Of a stretch of DNA of 64,000 bases, positions 1 through 9,964 are shown piece by piece. The position numbers were made by a program, and so were the translations under genes. Below the pieces are notes generated by a model that ran no database searches, had not been told where the DNA came from, and was given only the letters and a program-made list of their open reading frames with translations. Numbering within the stretch: the stretch's first letter is position 1; the number at the start of each line of letters is the position of its first letter. Origin of the DNA: a plasmid; the sequence record NZ_CP118918.1; one strand, given 5' to 3'.

Positions 1-661
1 CGCCGGCGCCTAAGGGTGTGCGGTCGATCGGATCGGCTGGCTCGATGGTGCGGAACGGCGATGGTGCGGTCATATCATCGGGCAGCAGCGGCAGAGAGAG
101 GGTCACTGTCGGCGCCGTGGGCGAGAGTGGCCACCAGTCCGTTGAACCGTCGATTGCCAACCAGCCGTTGAGAATTCCGTAGATTCCGGCTGTGAGAGCT
201 GCTGCTGGAAGTTGTGCGAGCAGCCAGGGCGCAAGGACTGTACTGGCCAGGGTGTCCGAGGGGCGGTACAGCAGAACCAAAAGCACCCCCAGTGCCACTG
301 CTGCCCAGAGGAATGCGGGGATTGGGAAGGAGCGAAGCCGGTCAGGGATGAGCGATTCGCTACGGTGATAAATCAGCTTGCCCAGCGGCCAACCAAGGGG
401 AGCCAACACGGCCGCGGCGAAGACGATGACGACCTCCAGCACACCCTCGACGGTCTTGACGCCTCGAGTGAGCAGTGGGTGACTGGGGTGGTCGTTGTAG
501 GGGCTGGGTCGGGCGCCAGCGACGTCGCGGGCACGTCGGCGAATCCTTCGATTAAGCAGCTCGGCGCGGCGTATCTGCATGGAGAAGATGCCCGCGTGCT
601 CGGCAATCCATTCGCGGCGCAGTTCGTCGTATCGGTCAACACTCGATGTGAACACCATGTG
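1..661 (-). CDS. Partial hypothetical membrane protein; the 3' end runs off the window
   Basis: Manual translation of the minus strand from ATG at 661 gives MVFTSSVDRYDELRREWIAEH... with at least 3 hydrophobic helices and no stop down to position 1. It is absent from the ORF track because it is open-ended. It competes with the plus ORF 212..700. Confidence 0.35.
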
Positions 662-696
662 TTTACGTGTTGCCTTCTATTGCGTAATCTGTCAGC

Positions 697-1071
697 ATGA
701 TGGTCATGACGGACAGCGTAGCGATGGGCGGTGCGATGGTCTACCCCATCGCAGCGTTTCTGGTTGCGCTCGCTGCGATTGGCCTCCTGAGCTTGCTTTT
801 TGTGGTGCTGCTGGCGCTTGTGGTGCGCCGTCTGTGCCGCCGTACGGATCGGTTCGGCGCCACGCGCTGGAGTGATTCATCGGTAAACACTGTCGGTGGT
901 GGTTTTTCCCCGGTGGGTGGATCTGCACTGTGGCCGGCCGCGCTGGTCTATCAGGTTCCTGAGCCAGAGCGGGCCCAGCGACCCGGGCCGCGCGTCAGCC
1001 GTAGAGGCCAGCGCCGTCAGCTCAGTTCACGCAGTGCATCGACCTTGCAGCATGGCGAACGGGGACGGTAA
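697..1071 (+). CDS. Small single-pass membrane protein, first gene of the conjugation operon
   Basis: 124 aa with one strong TM helix (AAFLVALAAIGLLSLLFVVLLALVV). Its stop TAA overlaps the ATG of the next gene (TAATG at 1069-1073). Confidence 0.4.
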   Translation: MMVMTDSVAMGGAMVYPIAAFLVALAAIGLLSLLFVVLLALVVRRLCRRTDRFGATRWSDSSVNTVGGGFSPVGGSALWPAALVYQVPEPERAQRPGPRVSRRGQRRQLSSRSASTLQHGERGR

Positions 1072-2153
1072 TGACCCTTACCAATGACCAGTGGTCCGAC
1101 GACTTGGCCGCTGAGGACGACGACGGCTTCGGATTCCCTCAGGCTCCGACCTTCACCCTTCCCGCAGAGTCCCCGGCGGGTTACACCGATCTGGATGAGG
1201 TCGCCCCTGATCCGGCCGACGAACTCGCTGATAATGATTCTGGCGAGCGCGGATTCGGGGATTGCCGCGACCCCGAGGATGACTACGCTGATCCGGACGA
1301 AGGGGTAGCGGACCACGACGATTACCCGGTCGAGGGACAAGCCCTCAACGGACCTGTTGGTGGTGGCCAGACAGACGCGGCAGAACCGCGCCGGGCACGC
1401 AGGTTTGATGGCAAGGTCGCTGCGGGGTTCGCTGCTGCCGGGCTGGTAGCCGTGTTGGTGGCGATCGTCGGGGCGGTCGCCGTGTACGGCTCGGATGAGC
1501 CAAAACCGACCGGCGCTCCCAACGGGGCCGACGCGATGGCTTTGCCTCCGACGCGCTCGGCGGCGCCGGCGCCCGCAGCCGCTCCTACGCTGGACCGGCC
1601 GATTTCGTTCACCGCAGATGCCCTGGGCTCGTGCGCAGAGGGGTCGACCTCAGCACAAACGATGGCCGGCACAGATCCCCACGCGGCGTTCGTGTGTGTG
1701 CGCGGCGGCGGTGACGGCCAGGTCATCGACATCGAGCTTCCAGGTACGCACTTGATCACGGCGATTTCGGGTGAGTTTGGCTGGGTAGGAACCGATGCGA
1801 GCGGGTCGAAGCCGTGGTCGCAGTACCGGGTGGTTACCACGGTGCAGTACACGTTCAACGACACCGACGCCACGCTGGTGACCCAGGAAACCAAGAACGT
1901 CCACGGTGAAGCGGTGCAGCCGATTAAGCGGGTGCTGGCATCCAAGATCCGCATGTTGATCCGGGAGACCTCCCGGCCGCCAGCGCAGCCCGCAGGTGGT
2001 GCCAGCACGGCACCGACAAAGCCGAACGGACCGCTGGGCCTGGAGCTTCCGCAACTGCCGGGGGCGCTCGGCGGTGGGCAACAGAACAGCGATCCGGTCG
2101 ACGCCGCGTTCGCCATAAAGAGCTTGAAGATCATCGGCCACAAGCCGGTATAG
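1071..2153 (+). CDS. Conjugation-associated membrane protein with an acidic N-terminus, one TM helix and an extracytoplasmic domain
   Basis: 360 aa. The N-terminal 100 aa is Asp/Glu-rich. A TM helix at AAGFAAAGLVAVLVAIVGAVAV is followed by a Pro/Ala-rich linker and a globular domain. The gene is translationally coupled to its neighbours. Confidence 0.55.
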   Translation: MTLTNDQWSDDLAAEDDDGFGFPQAPTFTLPAESPAGYTDLDEVAPDPADELADNDSGERGFGDCRDPEDDYADPDEGVADHDDYPVEGQALNGPVGGGQTDAAEPRRARRFDGKVAAGFAAAGLVAVLVAIVGAVAVYGSDEPKPTGAPNGADAMALPPTRSAAPAPAAAPTLDRPISFTADALGSCAEGSTSAQTMAGTDPHAAFVCVRGGGDGQVIDIELPGTHLITAISGEFGWVGTDASGSKPWSQYRVVTTVQYTFNDTDATLVTQETKNVHGEAVQPIKRVLASKIRMLIRETSRPPAQPAGGASTAPTKPNGPLGLELPQLPGALGGGQQNSDPVDAAFAIKSLKIIGHKPV

Positions 2154-2171
2154 CGCCGAGGACACACCACC

Positions 2172-3119
2172 ATGGCAATGAGCCGCATCTGGCAGCAACG
2201 GATCAGCCGCACTCAGGGTGCGCTGACGAAGTTCGGGAAACCCGCAGTTCTGATTCTGGCGGCCCTGGCGGGCCTAAACGTGCTGTGGCAGTTTCTCTTT
2301 GCCACATCCCCTGACCTCAGCGAGCCATCACGGGCCGTGGTGAACCGCTCGGCGGTGGTCGGTGCGTTCGCCCAGGATTTCGTCGCGGTCTGGCTGGAGG
2401 CAAACACTCAGGACGCGGCCAGCCTGAGTCAGTTCATCAGCGTCGATCCCGCGTCCTTGACGCTGCCTTCCACTCCAGCAGTGGTCATCAACACCCCCAC
2501 GATCGTGGCCGTGTCATTGGAGGGCCTGGCAGGTCAGGAGGCCGACGCCGAGGTGTATTCCGTGGTCGTCGGTGTGACCCAGCGGCCCTATGAGTCAGCT
2601 GCACCGCACCGGGCGCTGTACCGGGTCCCCGTGCTGTGGTCGCGCTTCGGTCCCCGCGCCGCGAGTTTTCCGGCGCGCATCGGCGGACCGGGCGCGGGAG
2701 CAGACCTGCCGCTGAGCTACCCGAGCACGTTGAGTGAGGCCGACCCCGCCTACAGCACAGCGACGGGTTTCTTAAAGGCCTATCTGACCCCTGCCGGGGG
2801 TGTGGAGCAGTACGTCACCACGGACTCGATGATCGCCGGATTGGGCAATGCGTACGAAACCCTTTCCATACAGGGCGTTACCGCACTCGGCGTTCCCTCG
2901 TCGGTGCCTGCCGACGGTGAGCTGGCTCGTGTCTTGGTCCGCGTGACCGCAGTGAACTCTCAGTTCGCTCCCTCGCCGTTGGTCTACCCCTTGACGCTTC
3001 GCGGGGTTGGTGGGCGCTGGCTGGTCGCAGCGATCGACAAAGCCCCGGCGGTGTCCACCGATGACAGTCTCGTTCCGGCGGCGGTGTCCACCGACTGGAG
3101 CTCTGCAACACCGAACTGA
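2172..3119 (+). CDS. Membrane-anchored protein of the conjugation operon, possibly a TcpC-like T4SS component
   Basis: 315 aa with an N-terminal TM anchor (PAVLILAALAGLNVLWQFLFA) and a large extracytoplasmic domain. The topology and size resemble Gram-positive TcpC-like proteins. The family assignment is an inference. Confidence 0.5.
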   Translation: MAMSRIWQQRISRTQGALTKFGKPAVLILAALAGLNVLWQFLFATSPDLSEPSRAVVNRSAVVGAFAQDFVAVWLEANTQDAASLSQFISVDPASLTLPSTPAVVINTPTIVAVSLEGLAGQEADAEVYSVVVGVTQRPYESAAPHRALYRVPVLWSRFGPRAASFPARIGGPGAGADLPLSYPSTLSEADPAYSTATGFLKAYLTPAGGVEQYVTTDSMIAGLGNAYETLSIQGVTALGVPSSVPADGELARVLVRVTAVNSQFAPSPLVYPLTLRGVGGRWLVAAIDKAPAVSTDDSLVPAAVSTDWSSATPN

Positions 3120-3166
3120 CCGGCACGTCCAACCAGCGGCCGTGCCACAAGGGAAAGGGAACCGCA

Positions 3167-3439
3167 ATGACTGAAACCACCTTGGCCGCAGGCGATCTGC
3201 TGACCGCCATCCCATCGCTATGGGAATCGGCTCAGATACCGCTCGCGATCATCGCCATCTTCGTTGGAGGTGTTGCGGGCGCATTCGCGCTCGTGCGCGG
3301 GTTCGGCGCCGCGATGGGCAAGGTTCTCGGCGGGGTCGCAGTCGCAGCCATCATCCTCGGCGCGGTCGGCTTGGCCGTCTCACTGAAGACCACCGTGGAC
3401 AAGCACGGTGGGGGCATCACCACCGGGCAGTTCGGCTAG
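3167..3439 (+). CDS. Small two-TM protein, possibly a VirB2/TrbC-like pilin-type subunit
   Basis: 90 aa with two hydrophobic helices separated by a short loop. It has an RBS (GGGAAAGGGAACCGCAATG) and sits directly upstream of the VirB4-family ATPase. Confidence 0.45.
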   Translation: MTETTLAAGDLLTAIPSLWESAQIPLAIIAIFVGGVAGAFALVRGFGAAMGKVLGGVAVAAIILGAVGLAVSLKTTVDKHGGGITTGQFG

Positions 3440-3505
3440 CGCCCTGCCAGGCGTCGAGAGCGCCTGGAACCGAGCTGGTGTTTACGAGAAACTGGAGGTT
3501 ATGCA

Positions 3506-6337
3506 GTGGGTGAGAACAGCTTTCGCGGTCAAACAGCTCGGGTGTACGCCGATGTGCGCGACTTTCCCATCTATGTCTCCCACATCGATGACAACACTCG
3601 GTTGTGGTTCGCGCCGTGGCGTATCTGGGACGGCGCAACCTTCCTGATCGGTATCACCTCCACGGTCTGGGCGACCCGCAAGTGGCTTGACTCCGGACAT
3701 GCCATCGCCATCGCGCTGTTCGGTCTCGCGCTGACAGCAGCACTGACCGTCGCCGCACGCCAAATCCCGGTATCTCGACCCAGCCCGCTCTACCGGATCG
3801 GCTGGCTGCTCGGCGGACTGTTGCACACCCAGCGCAAGGCAGGGATCAACGGTGAGGGCGAGGCGGCGCTATCGCCGCCCAAGGAGGTGATCGGGAATCT
3901 CAGTTTCACCTCCGGAGGTGTCTACGCAGAGTTCATCGTGGACGGACAACCCGGCGGAATGATGCCCTACGCACTCAAGGACGCGATTGCGATGCGTCAC
4001 CGACCTTTAGTGCGCCAACTTCCCTCGGGGTTGCTGCTGTGGGGCTGCTGCGTGCGCCTGGACCACCGGCGGCTGCTGCGGTGGATGCTCTCGGGCTACA
4101 CCAATGAGCCTGCGTGGGTGCAGGAAGTCCGAGACTGGGAGGACTTCTTGACCATCGAGCCGTTCTACGAGCAGGTGTTCGGCATACGCGTGCCGGTGGA
4201 CTCGGGAGCCGCTGGACGATCCGGAGTGGGCGGCCTGGCCAAGGCGGCCACCGTCGTCGCCGGCCGCGACCCCGACGACCCGCGATCACTTGCCGGGTAC
4301 CAGGAGATGTCGGCCTCGATCCTGTCGAAGATTCCCGCCGAGTTCAACGCGCGACCGGCCACCCCGCGCCAGATCCACTGGTGGTATCGGCGACGGCTGG
4401 CCATCGGTGCGGTCAACGATCCTTTCCCGCACGGTGCCGGCGGTCCTGAGCGGCTTACCGAAGCCGACTTTGCGCCCGTGGTGCCGGCGCATTTCGACTG
4501 TGGCGATCAGGAAGCCCGCAAGAAGGACCGCCGCTGGTGGCGGCGTATGGTGCCGTCACTGGCCGCCGTGCTGGTGATTCGGGGCGCCCAGCGCCTGGAC
4601 AGCTTCCAAAGCATGCTGGCCGTAGCTCAGATTCCGCGCGGCGGGTTGGCCTATCCACGTGCGGAATACCTGCTTGCCGTCTACGACGTGGACACACCTG
4701 CCGACATCGACTGGATTCAACACATTTCCACCCGCCCGGCTGAGCAGGCGCTCACGCGAATCGACCGCGCTCAGCGCAACCTCGATGATCAGGCTTTCCA
4801 ACGGGCAGGCCGTCGCTCCAGCGACAGTGACCTCATTGAGCGCTACTCCTCGGCCGAGGAGTACAACGCCAAGCTGCGGGCGTCGAAGTTGGAGCGGGAA
4901 GTGGAGGCCACGACGGTGATCGCCGTCGGGGCGCGCTCGCGGGCCGAACTCGACGGGGCCTGCCAACTACTGCAAACGCACTTCGCAGAAGACCTCGACA
5001 TGACGTTGAGTCGACGTCGCGGCAGCGCCCAGATCGGGCTGTGGCAGACCGGGCTGGCAGGTAGTGAAGAGCGCAGCCCGCGCAGCCAATTCAGCCAACC
5101 GGCGACCACCACCGACTGGGCGCGGTTCTCGCCGCTCGTATCCAGCAAGCTCGGCCACGATACCGGGATTCTGTTCGCCCGCAATCTGTCCACCCGACGG
5201 CCGACCCCTGTCCTGATCGAACCCGAGGGCGCGAGCCGTCGGCGCCAGGTACCCGGAATGCTGTTCTACGGCCCGCCCGGAGGGGGCAAATCCCAAGGCG
5301 CGAAACGGGTGGTGAACGGGCTGATTGCCCGCGGCAATCAGTGCAGCATCCTTGATCCCGGTTCTAATCCCGAGTGGGTACGTGCGCTGGCACATCTGGG
5401 GGATCGGGTGGCCGTACTTGATCCCACACGCGGTCAAGTCTCCGTCGACGGGCTGCGCATCTTTCGCCGTGAAATCGCCGTTGAGCGCACCCTTGATCAC
5501 CTACTTCCCATGATGGGTGTCGAGCCCGATGCCGAGATCGCCCGCCAGCTCCGCTTTCTGCTGCGCCCCGATCAGCGGGTCGCCGAAAGCATGGGCGCTC
5601 TGGTGCGCTACCTGAACAGCTTGCAAGGAAGCGCATACAAGGAGTACGCGGAACTCGCTGCGCGGCTGGATATGTGGGCCAACATCGACTATCTGCGGGC
5701 AATGTTCAATGAGTCGCTGCCGATACCTCCGATCGCTGAGAAGGATGCGGTGATCTGGCTGACCGGCGACCTGGAGTTGCCGACGACCTCGCAGACCGAG
5801 GATCTACACCTCTACAAGCGTCAAACAGCGCGTGCACGTGCCGGTTTAGCCATCTACGGAATGATCGCTGGGCTCACACGGGAGAGCTACACCGGACCCA
5901 ATCGTCGGCCCGGCAAGTTCGGATGGTTCGTTGCCGAAGAAGCCCGGGCGTACTTCGCGTCGCCGGTCGGTCGCGAAGATGCCACCGAGTTGATCACCCA
6001 GGGACGCAAGCAGCGATACGGCCTGATCGGCATCGCACAGCATGTCGAGTATTTCGACGGGATTCCCACCAAAGACTTGCCGACGCGGGTCATTACACCG
6101 TTCAAGGCCTCTGCGCGAGAAGAAGCGACCGAAGAGTTCAAGCGCATCGGGATTGATCCCGATGAGTACCCCGAGGTCTTGAACCTGCGTACCGCCGAGG
6201 GTCACGGTTACGCCTACATGATTGACGATGCTGGCAGCACCGGTCTAATCGACATTCTGCAGCCAGTCCAGCCTGAGCTGCGGCAGGCCTTTGATACCCG
6301 CGGCTTGGAGGACGAGGCGCTGGAGCTGATGCGGTGA
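3506..6337 (+). CDS. VirB4/TrbE-family conjugative transfer ATPase
   Basis: 943 aa with N-terminal TM helices. Walker A is present (GMLFYGPPGGGKSQGAKRV). The C-terminal region carries the VirB4 signature pair: a DEAW-like Walker B (WFVAEEARAYF) and the RK...Q motif (TQGRKQRYGLIGIAQHV). The size fits the family. Confidence 0.8.
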   Translation: MGENSFRGQTARVYADVRDFPIYVSHIDDNTRLWFAPWRIWDGATFLIGITSTVWATRKWLDSGHAIAIALFGLALTAALTVAARQIPVSRPSPLYRIGWLLGGLLHTQRKAGINGEGEAALSPPKEVIGNLSFTSGGVYAEFIVDGQPGGMMPYALKDAIAMRHRPLVRQLPSGLLLWGCCVRLDHRRLLRWMLSGYTNEPAWVQEVRDWEDFLTIEPFYEQVFGIRVPVDSGAAGRSGVGGLAKAATVVAGRDPDDPRSLAGYQEMSASILSKIPAEFNARPATPRQIHWWYRRRLAIGAVNDPFPHGAGGPERLTEADFAPVVPAHFDCGDQEARKKDRRWWRRMVPSLAAVLVIRGAQRLDSFQSMLAVAQIPRGGLAYPRAEYLLAVYDVDTPADIDWIQHISTRPAEQALTRIDRAQRNLDDQAFQRAGRRSSDSDLIERYSSAEEYNAKLRASKLEREVEATTVIAVGARSRAELDGACQLLQTHFAEDLDMTLSRRRGSAQIGLWQTGLAGSEERSPRSQFSQPATTTDWARFSPLVSSKLGHDTGILFARNLSTRRPTPVLIEPEGASRRRQVPGMLFYGPPGGGKSQGAKRVVNGLIARGNQCSILDPGSNPEWVRALAHLGDRVAVLDPTRGQVSVDGLRIFRREIAVERTLDHLLPMMGVEPDAEIARQLRFLLRPDQRVAESMGALVRYLNSLQGSAYKEYAELAARLDMWANIDYLRAMFNESLPIPPIAEKDAVIWLTGDLELPTTSQTEDLHLYKRQTARARAGLAIYGMIAGLTRESYTGPNRRPGKFGWFVAEEARAYFASPVGREDATELITQGRKQRYGLIGIAQHVEYFDGIPTKDLPTRVITPFKASAREEATEEFKRIGIDPDEYPEVLNLRTAEGHGYAYMIDDAGSTGLIDILQPVQPELRQAFDTRGLEDEALELMR

Positions 6338-8454
6338 TGTCCGCCTACTGCGCGTGGCTTTATGAGCACCCTCGTCTGCGGCGGGCGTGGCTGATCACTC
6401 AGCTCCTGTGGGGAGGCTCGATGATGGCCCTGCTGACCGCCCCGCACGCGGTGGCGGCCGGGTTCGCTGGCGCGCTCAACTGGCCCAGCCCCATCGTGGA
6501 CACCTACGACCAGCCGGTGGGCACCTATTTCATCAGCACAGTGTCGATGCTCGACGCCATCCGCACCCAAGGCAGCGACGTCAGCATTATCGATCCGGGC
6601 TCCTGGATTCCCGCACTGACCGACCGCTTCGAAATCGCCATGACTTACAGCCAACTGGCCGTCATCCTCGGATGGTTCTGCGGATTCCTGGTCATGGTGG
6701 GTGCGGTCGGGATCTGGTTCATCAAGATCGCACTGGGCTCGGCATGGTTGGGCTGGCTGGCCGCACTGGCCGCGCCTGTGCTGGTCGCCATCAACAACCT
6801 CGTCGGTGAGTTTCAGATCATCCCGCTGGCACTGATCATCTGTGTCTTCATCGGCGGAATCATCGCCTTGACCAAGGGGTTCGGGCGCGGCGCCGGGGTG
6901 ATGTGCAGCGGATTCCTGGTGATCTTGCTGATCGGGTTTTTCCTCAACGACCCGGTGAAGGAACTCGGTGACAACGGCCTGCTCGCCGCCGGCCGCGCCA
7001 TCGGATTCGAGCTCTCGCTGGGTATCGCGAACAATGGCAGCTTCGACCCCTCGGGTAACGCCGAAGGCCAGGTCGAAGTGCTCTCGCAATGGATGGCCAC
7101 CACCCTGATTCGCCACCCCATTCAGATCGCCAACTTCGGCGGCGTGATCGACAACATTGACGGGTGCGCACAAGCCTGGAACGCCGCACTCAATGCATCG
7201 ACCGTCCTGACTCCCGCGACTCAGGCACTCGCACCGGCGGGAGCCCACGACGGTCCAGTTCAGGCCATGCGGGCGTGCGGCGCAAGCGATGCCTACGCCC
7301 ACGCCCACTTCCTCAGCGGCGAGACGATCGGGCTGATGTTCTTCATCAACTGCGTCGTGCTGGTGGTGCTGATGCTGCTGTGCTACATCGGCTGCGAAGT
7401 CATTCGGATCGGATTCAAGGCGTTCTGGAACGTGCTGGTGCTGGTGCCCGCCGCCGCGGTTGCGGTCGCACCAGGACCGCAGCGCGAGTTCGCCAAACGC
7501 ACCGCCATCAAACTGATTGTCCACGCCTTGGAAATGCTGTTCGCCACTGCGGCTTTCGGCATTGTCTTGGTGCTGATGTCGCGAGTATCGACCGGGAAAC
7601 TCGACGGGTTCGAGATCCAGCACCCCATCGCGATCCTGCTACTCATGCTGCTGTTCGCCGGCGGCGCGGTCTTCGGGTTCAGGGCGCTGATGCGAGGCTT
7701 CGGCGATCGGGGACTGCCGGGGCCGATGTCGGTGCTGCGCAAGACCGCTGCTGTCGGGGCCGGCCCCATGAGCTTCTACCCCGCGATGCGCGACATGGGC
7801 CGCTCCATGCGCCGCGACATCAACGCCGACGGGGTGGGTCTGCCAAGTTCAGGTAAGCCCGGCGATGAGGGAACCCGCGCCCCGGCAGCCAAGGGCCGCA
7901 AAGCACATCCCAATCCCGGCATCCCCGCCGAGAGTGGAGCATCACCGAGCACACCACCGCCATCGACAACCACACCCACCCCAGGCCCCGCACCCGCTAC
8001 GGGCGCACCCGCGGGCGGATCGGCCGCTGCCAGCACCGCGGCGCGCGGAGCAGCCACCGGCACTGGCAGTGCAGCGGCCGGCACAGGCGCGGCAGGCGGC
8101 GCTGCTGCGGGCGGCGGCGCGGCGGCCGCCGCGGCAGCCGGACCCGCCGCCCCTGTAGTCGCTGGAGCCGTGGTCGCGTCGAAGGTGATCGAACGTCAGC
8201 AAGCCAACAAAAGCCGCGACAACGGACCTGCTGCCCACGCCACCCCGAAGTCAGGCACAGGTTCTTCGGCCGCGCCGGGACGCGCTGGTGCTGCACCCAC
8301 CAACCGTCCCCCCACACCGCCGAATAGTCACACCGAGACGCAGCCGACACAGCAGCGCCCATCGGCGAAGCAATCTCCGGCGCCGAGTTCGAGCACCCCG
8401 AACGAGTCGCCCGGCCGCAAACCCCAGCCCCCGCAGGACGGCAGGACATCATGA
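6334..8454 (+). CDS. Polytopic inner-membrane protein, VirB6/TrbL-like, with a low-complexity Ala/Gly/Pro-rich C-terminal tail
   Basis: 706 aa. The ATG overlaps the previous stop (ATGATG). There are more than 8 predicted TM helices over residues 1-480, followed by about 200 aa of AGAP-rich low complexity. Confidence 0.6.
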   Translation: MMSAYCAWLYEHPRLRRAWLITQLLWGGSMMALLTAPHAVAAGFAGALNWPSPIVDTYDQPVGTYFISTVSMLDAIRTQGSDVSIIDPGSWIPALTDRFEIAMTYSQLAVILGWFCGFLVMVGAVGIWFIKIALGSAWLGWLAALAAPVLVAINNLVGEFQIIPLALIICVFIGGIIALTKGFGRGAGVMCSGFLVILLIGFFLNDPVKELGDNGLLAAGRAIGFELSLGIANNGSFDPSGNAEGQVEVLSQWMATTLIRHPIQIANFGGVIDNIDGCAQAWNAALNASTVLTPATQALAPAGAHDGPVQAMRACGASDAYAHAHFLSGETIGLMFFINCVVLVVLMLLCYIGCEVIRIGFKAFWNVLVLVPAAAVAVAPGPQREFAKRTAIKLIVHALEMLFATAAFGIVLVLMSRVSTGKLDGFEIQHPIAILLLMLLFAGGAVFGFRALMRGFGDRGLPGPMSVLRKTAAVGAGPMSFYPAMRDMGRSMRRDINADGVGLPSSGKPGDEGTRAPAAKGRKAHPNPGIPAESGASPSTPPPSTTTPTPGPAPATGAPAGGSAAASTAARGAATGTGSAAAGTGAAGGAAAGGGAAAAAAAGPAAPVVAGAVVASKVIERQQANKSRDNGPAAHATPKSGTGSSAAPGRAGAAPTNRPPTPPNSHTETQPTQQRPSAKQSPAPSSSTPNESPGRKPQPPQDGRTS

Positions 8455-9146
8455 CCGCTACCGGCATCTATCTCGGCTCAGAACTGAACACCACCGGGCG
8501 TGCTTACTGGGCTATGTCACGGATGGTCAATCACGGTTGGTCGGTTCTGAGCTTCGGACTCGACTACGGTGGGTGGCTGCGGCTTCGCACCCCATCGGGG
8601 GTGGAGTTGCCCGTGGCTGCCGATCCACTTGACCACACACCGTCCTCGCAACAGCCGGTACCGGGCCAGCCCGGTGCGCCGCTGCTGCCGCTGCACGCCT
8701 GCCGCTTGCTCCACCAATGCGCACAGCACCGCGGCGATGATGCGCACGGAGGCGACGACGCCGCCCGCACCATCGCCGCCCTGCTGCGCCTGGGCGTGCC
8801 CGCTGGGCGCGCGCATGCCGACGATGCGCGATGCCCGTGGTATCTGCCTCACGGGGCCGTGCAACCGGCGGCATCGGTGCGCCGCGCGTACTGGGCGGCG
8901 ACCACACTCACCGATGACTACGGATGGCGTATCACTGGTATCGATGCGCGAGGGTTCACCGCGGTCGGCCCCTACGACGCCGAGGAAGTCCGGTACCCGT
9001 GCGCTGCCGCGGCTGATTCCACCACCTCGGCACGGCTCGCGCGGCTGCTGCCTCATGTGCACAGCGACGGAGGGACCGACGAACTGCACCGACTGATCGT
9101 GGAACACCAGCAGGACCACCAGAGCAGGGCGGTGGCGCGATCATGA
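8451..9146 (+). CDS. Hypothetical protein
   Basis: 231 aa. The start overlaps the upstream stop (ATGA). I recognise no motif. Codon usage is consistent with its neighbours. Confidence 0.45.
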   Translation: MTATGIYLGSELNTTGRAYWAMSRMVNHGWSVLSFGLDYGGWLRLRTPSGVELPVAADPLDHTPSSQQPVPGQPGAPLLPLHACRLLHQCAQHRGDDAHGGDDAARTIAALLRLGVPAGRAHADDARCPWYLPHGAVQPAASVRRAYWAATTLTDDYGWRITGIDARGFTAVGPYDAEEVRYPCAAAADSTTSARLARLLPHVHSDGGTDELHRLIVEHQQDHQSRAVARS

Positions 9147-9964
9147 CCAGCCGCACTCTTCCCAGCGACCTTCCCCTGCTGCGCGTCCACGGTCGGGTCC
9201 GGGGGCACGCTCGGGTCACCGACGTGCGTGCCGCCGGTCCCGACATGTGTGGTGCTCCACACCGGCTAGGTGCCGACGTTGCGTCTCCCGCGCCCTGTGC
9301 CAGTGGCTCCGCTGCTTATCGTGCGGCGGCGGTGGTCGAGTATGCGGTGCGCCTCGCAGGAAGCGTTGACGAACTCGCACAGGCCCGTCGGGTCCTCACC
9401 GCAGCGGACTGTGACTGTGCACCTGAGGATTTCGGGTGCGTCCGACGCGTGCTGCAGGACGTTTTGGACACACCCGACCCGTGCGCAGAACACGGGTTGG
9501 CGATGGGTTTGACTGTGCGCAGGCCGTGGGCGTCAATGCTGCTGGTATCGAGTCAGATCGGCGGGAAGAACGTCGAGAATCGGACAGATTCCACCGACTA
9601 TCGCGGTCCGGTACTGATTTACGGTGGTACCCGCATCGACCAGGCTGGCATCGAACTCGGTGAGCAGCTGGGTATGCGAGAGATGGCCTTTCATTGCGAC
9701 CAGCAAGGCTGGCTCGGCGCAACCGTACTTGTGGACGTACATCGGGCCCAAGGGTGCTGCGCCCCGTGGGGGACGACTCCGTTTAACCCCGGCCAGCCCA
9801 AGTATCACTGGGTGTTCGAGTCTCCCGCACGACTGGCTGCGCGGCCATGGCACGACAACGCCAAGGGGTTTGACGGGCTGCGGCCGGTGTCGTGGTCGGC
9901 CCTGGTCAGCCGCAAGGCTGCACGGTACGCCCGGCGACAAGGAGTGTCCGGTGCATCCAGGTGA
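9143..9964 (+). CDS. Cys-rich protein with a C-terminal ASCH-like (PUA-fold) domain
   Basis: 273 aa. The C-terminal half (RRPWASMLLVSSQIGGKNVENRTDSTDYRGPVLIYGG...HWVFESPARL) matches the ASCH domain pattern from memory. The N-terminal half has several Cys pairs. Confidence 0.45.
   Translation: MTSRTLPSDLPLLRVHGRVRGHARVTDVRAAGPDMCGAPHRLGADVASPAPCASGSAAYRAAAVVEYAVRLAGSVDELAQARRVLTAADCDCAPEDFGCVRRVLQDVLDTPDPCAEHGLAMGLTVRRPWASMLLVSSQIGGKNVENRTDSTDYRGPVLIYGGTRIDQAGIELGEQLGMREMAFHCDQQGWLGATVLVDVHRAQGCCAPWGTTPFNPGQPKYHWVFESPARLAARPWHDNAKGFDGLRPVSWSALVSRKAARYARRQGVSGASR

Noticed and set aside
212-700. Plus-strand 162-aa ORF at the window start
   Set aside because: It lacks an RBS and any motif. It overlaps a minus-strand frame encoding a plausible multi-TM protein that continues off the window. 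It is probably an antisense artefact of high GC.
6214-7623. Minus-strand 469-aa ORF inside the VirB6-like gene; similar long antisense ORFs occur at 19404..20321, 27059..27745 and 28014..29087
   Set aside because: These are long open frames typical of antisense reading through GC-rich genes. Their products are low-complexity and Arg/Pro/Gly-rich. They overlap genes with strong motif support.
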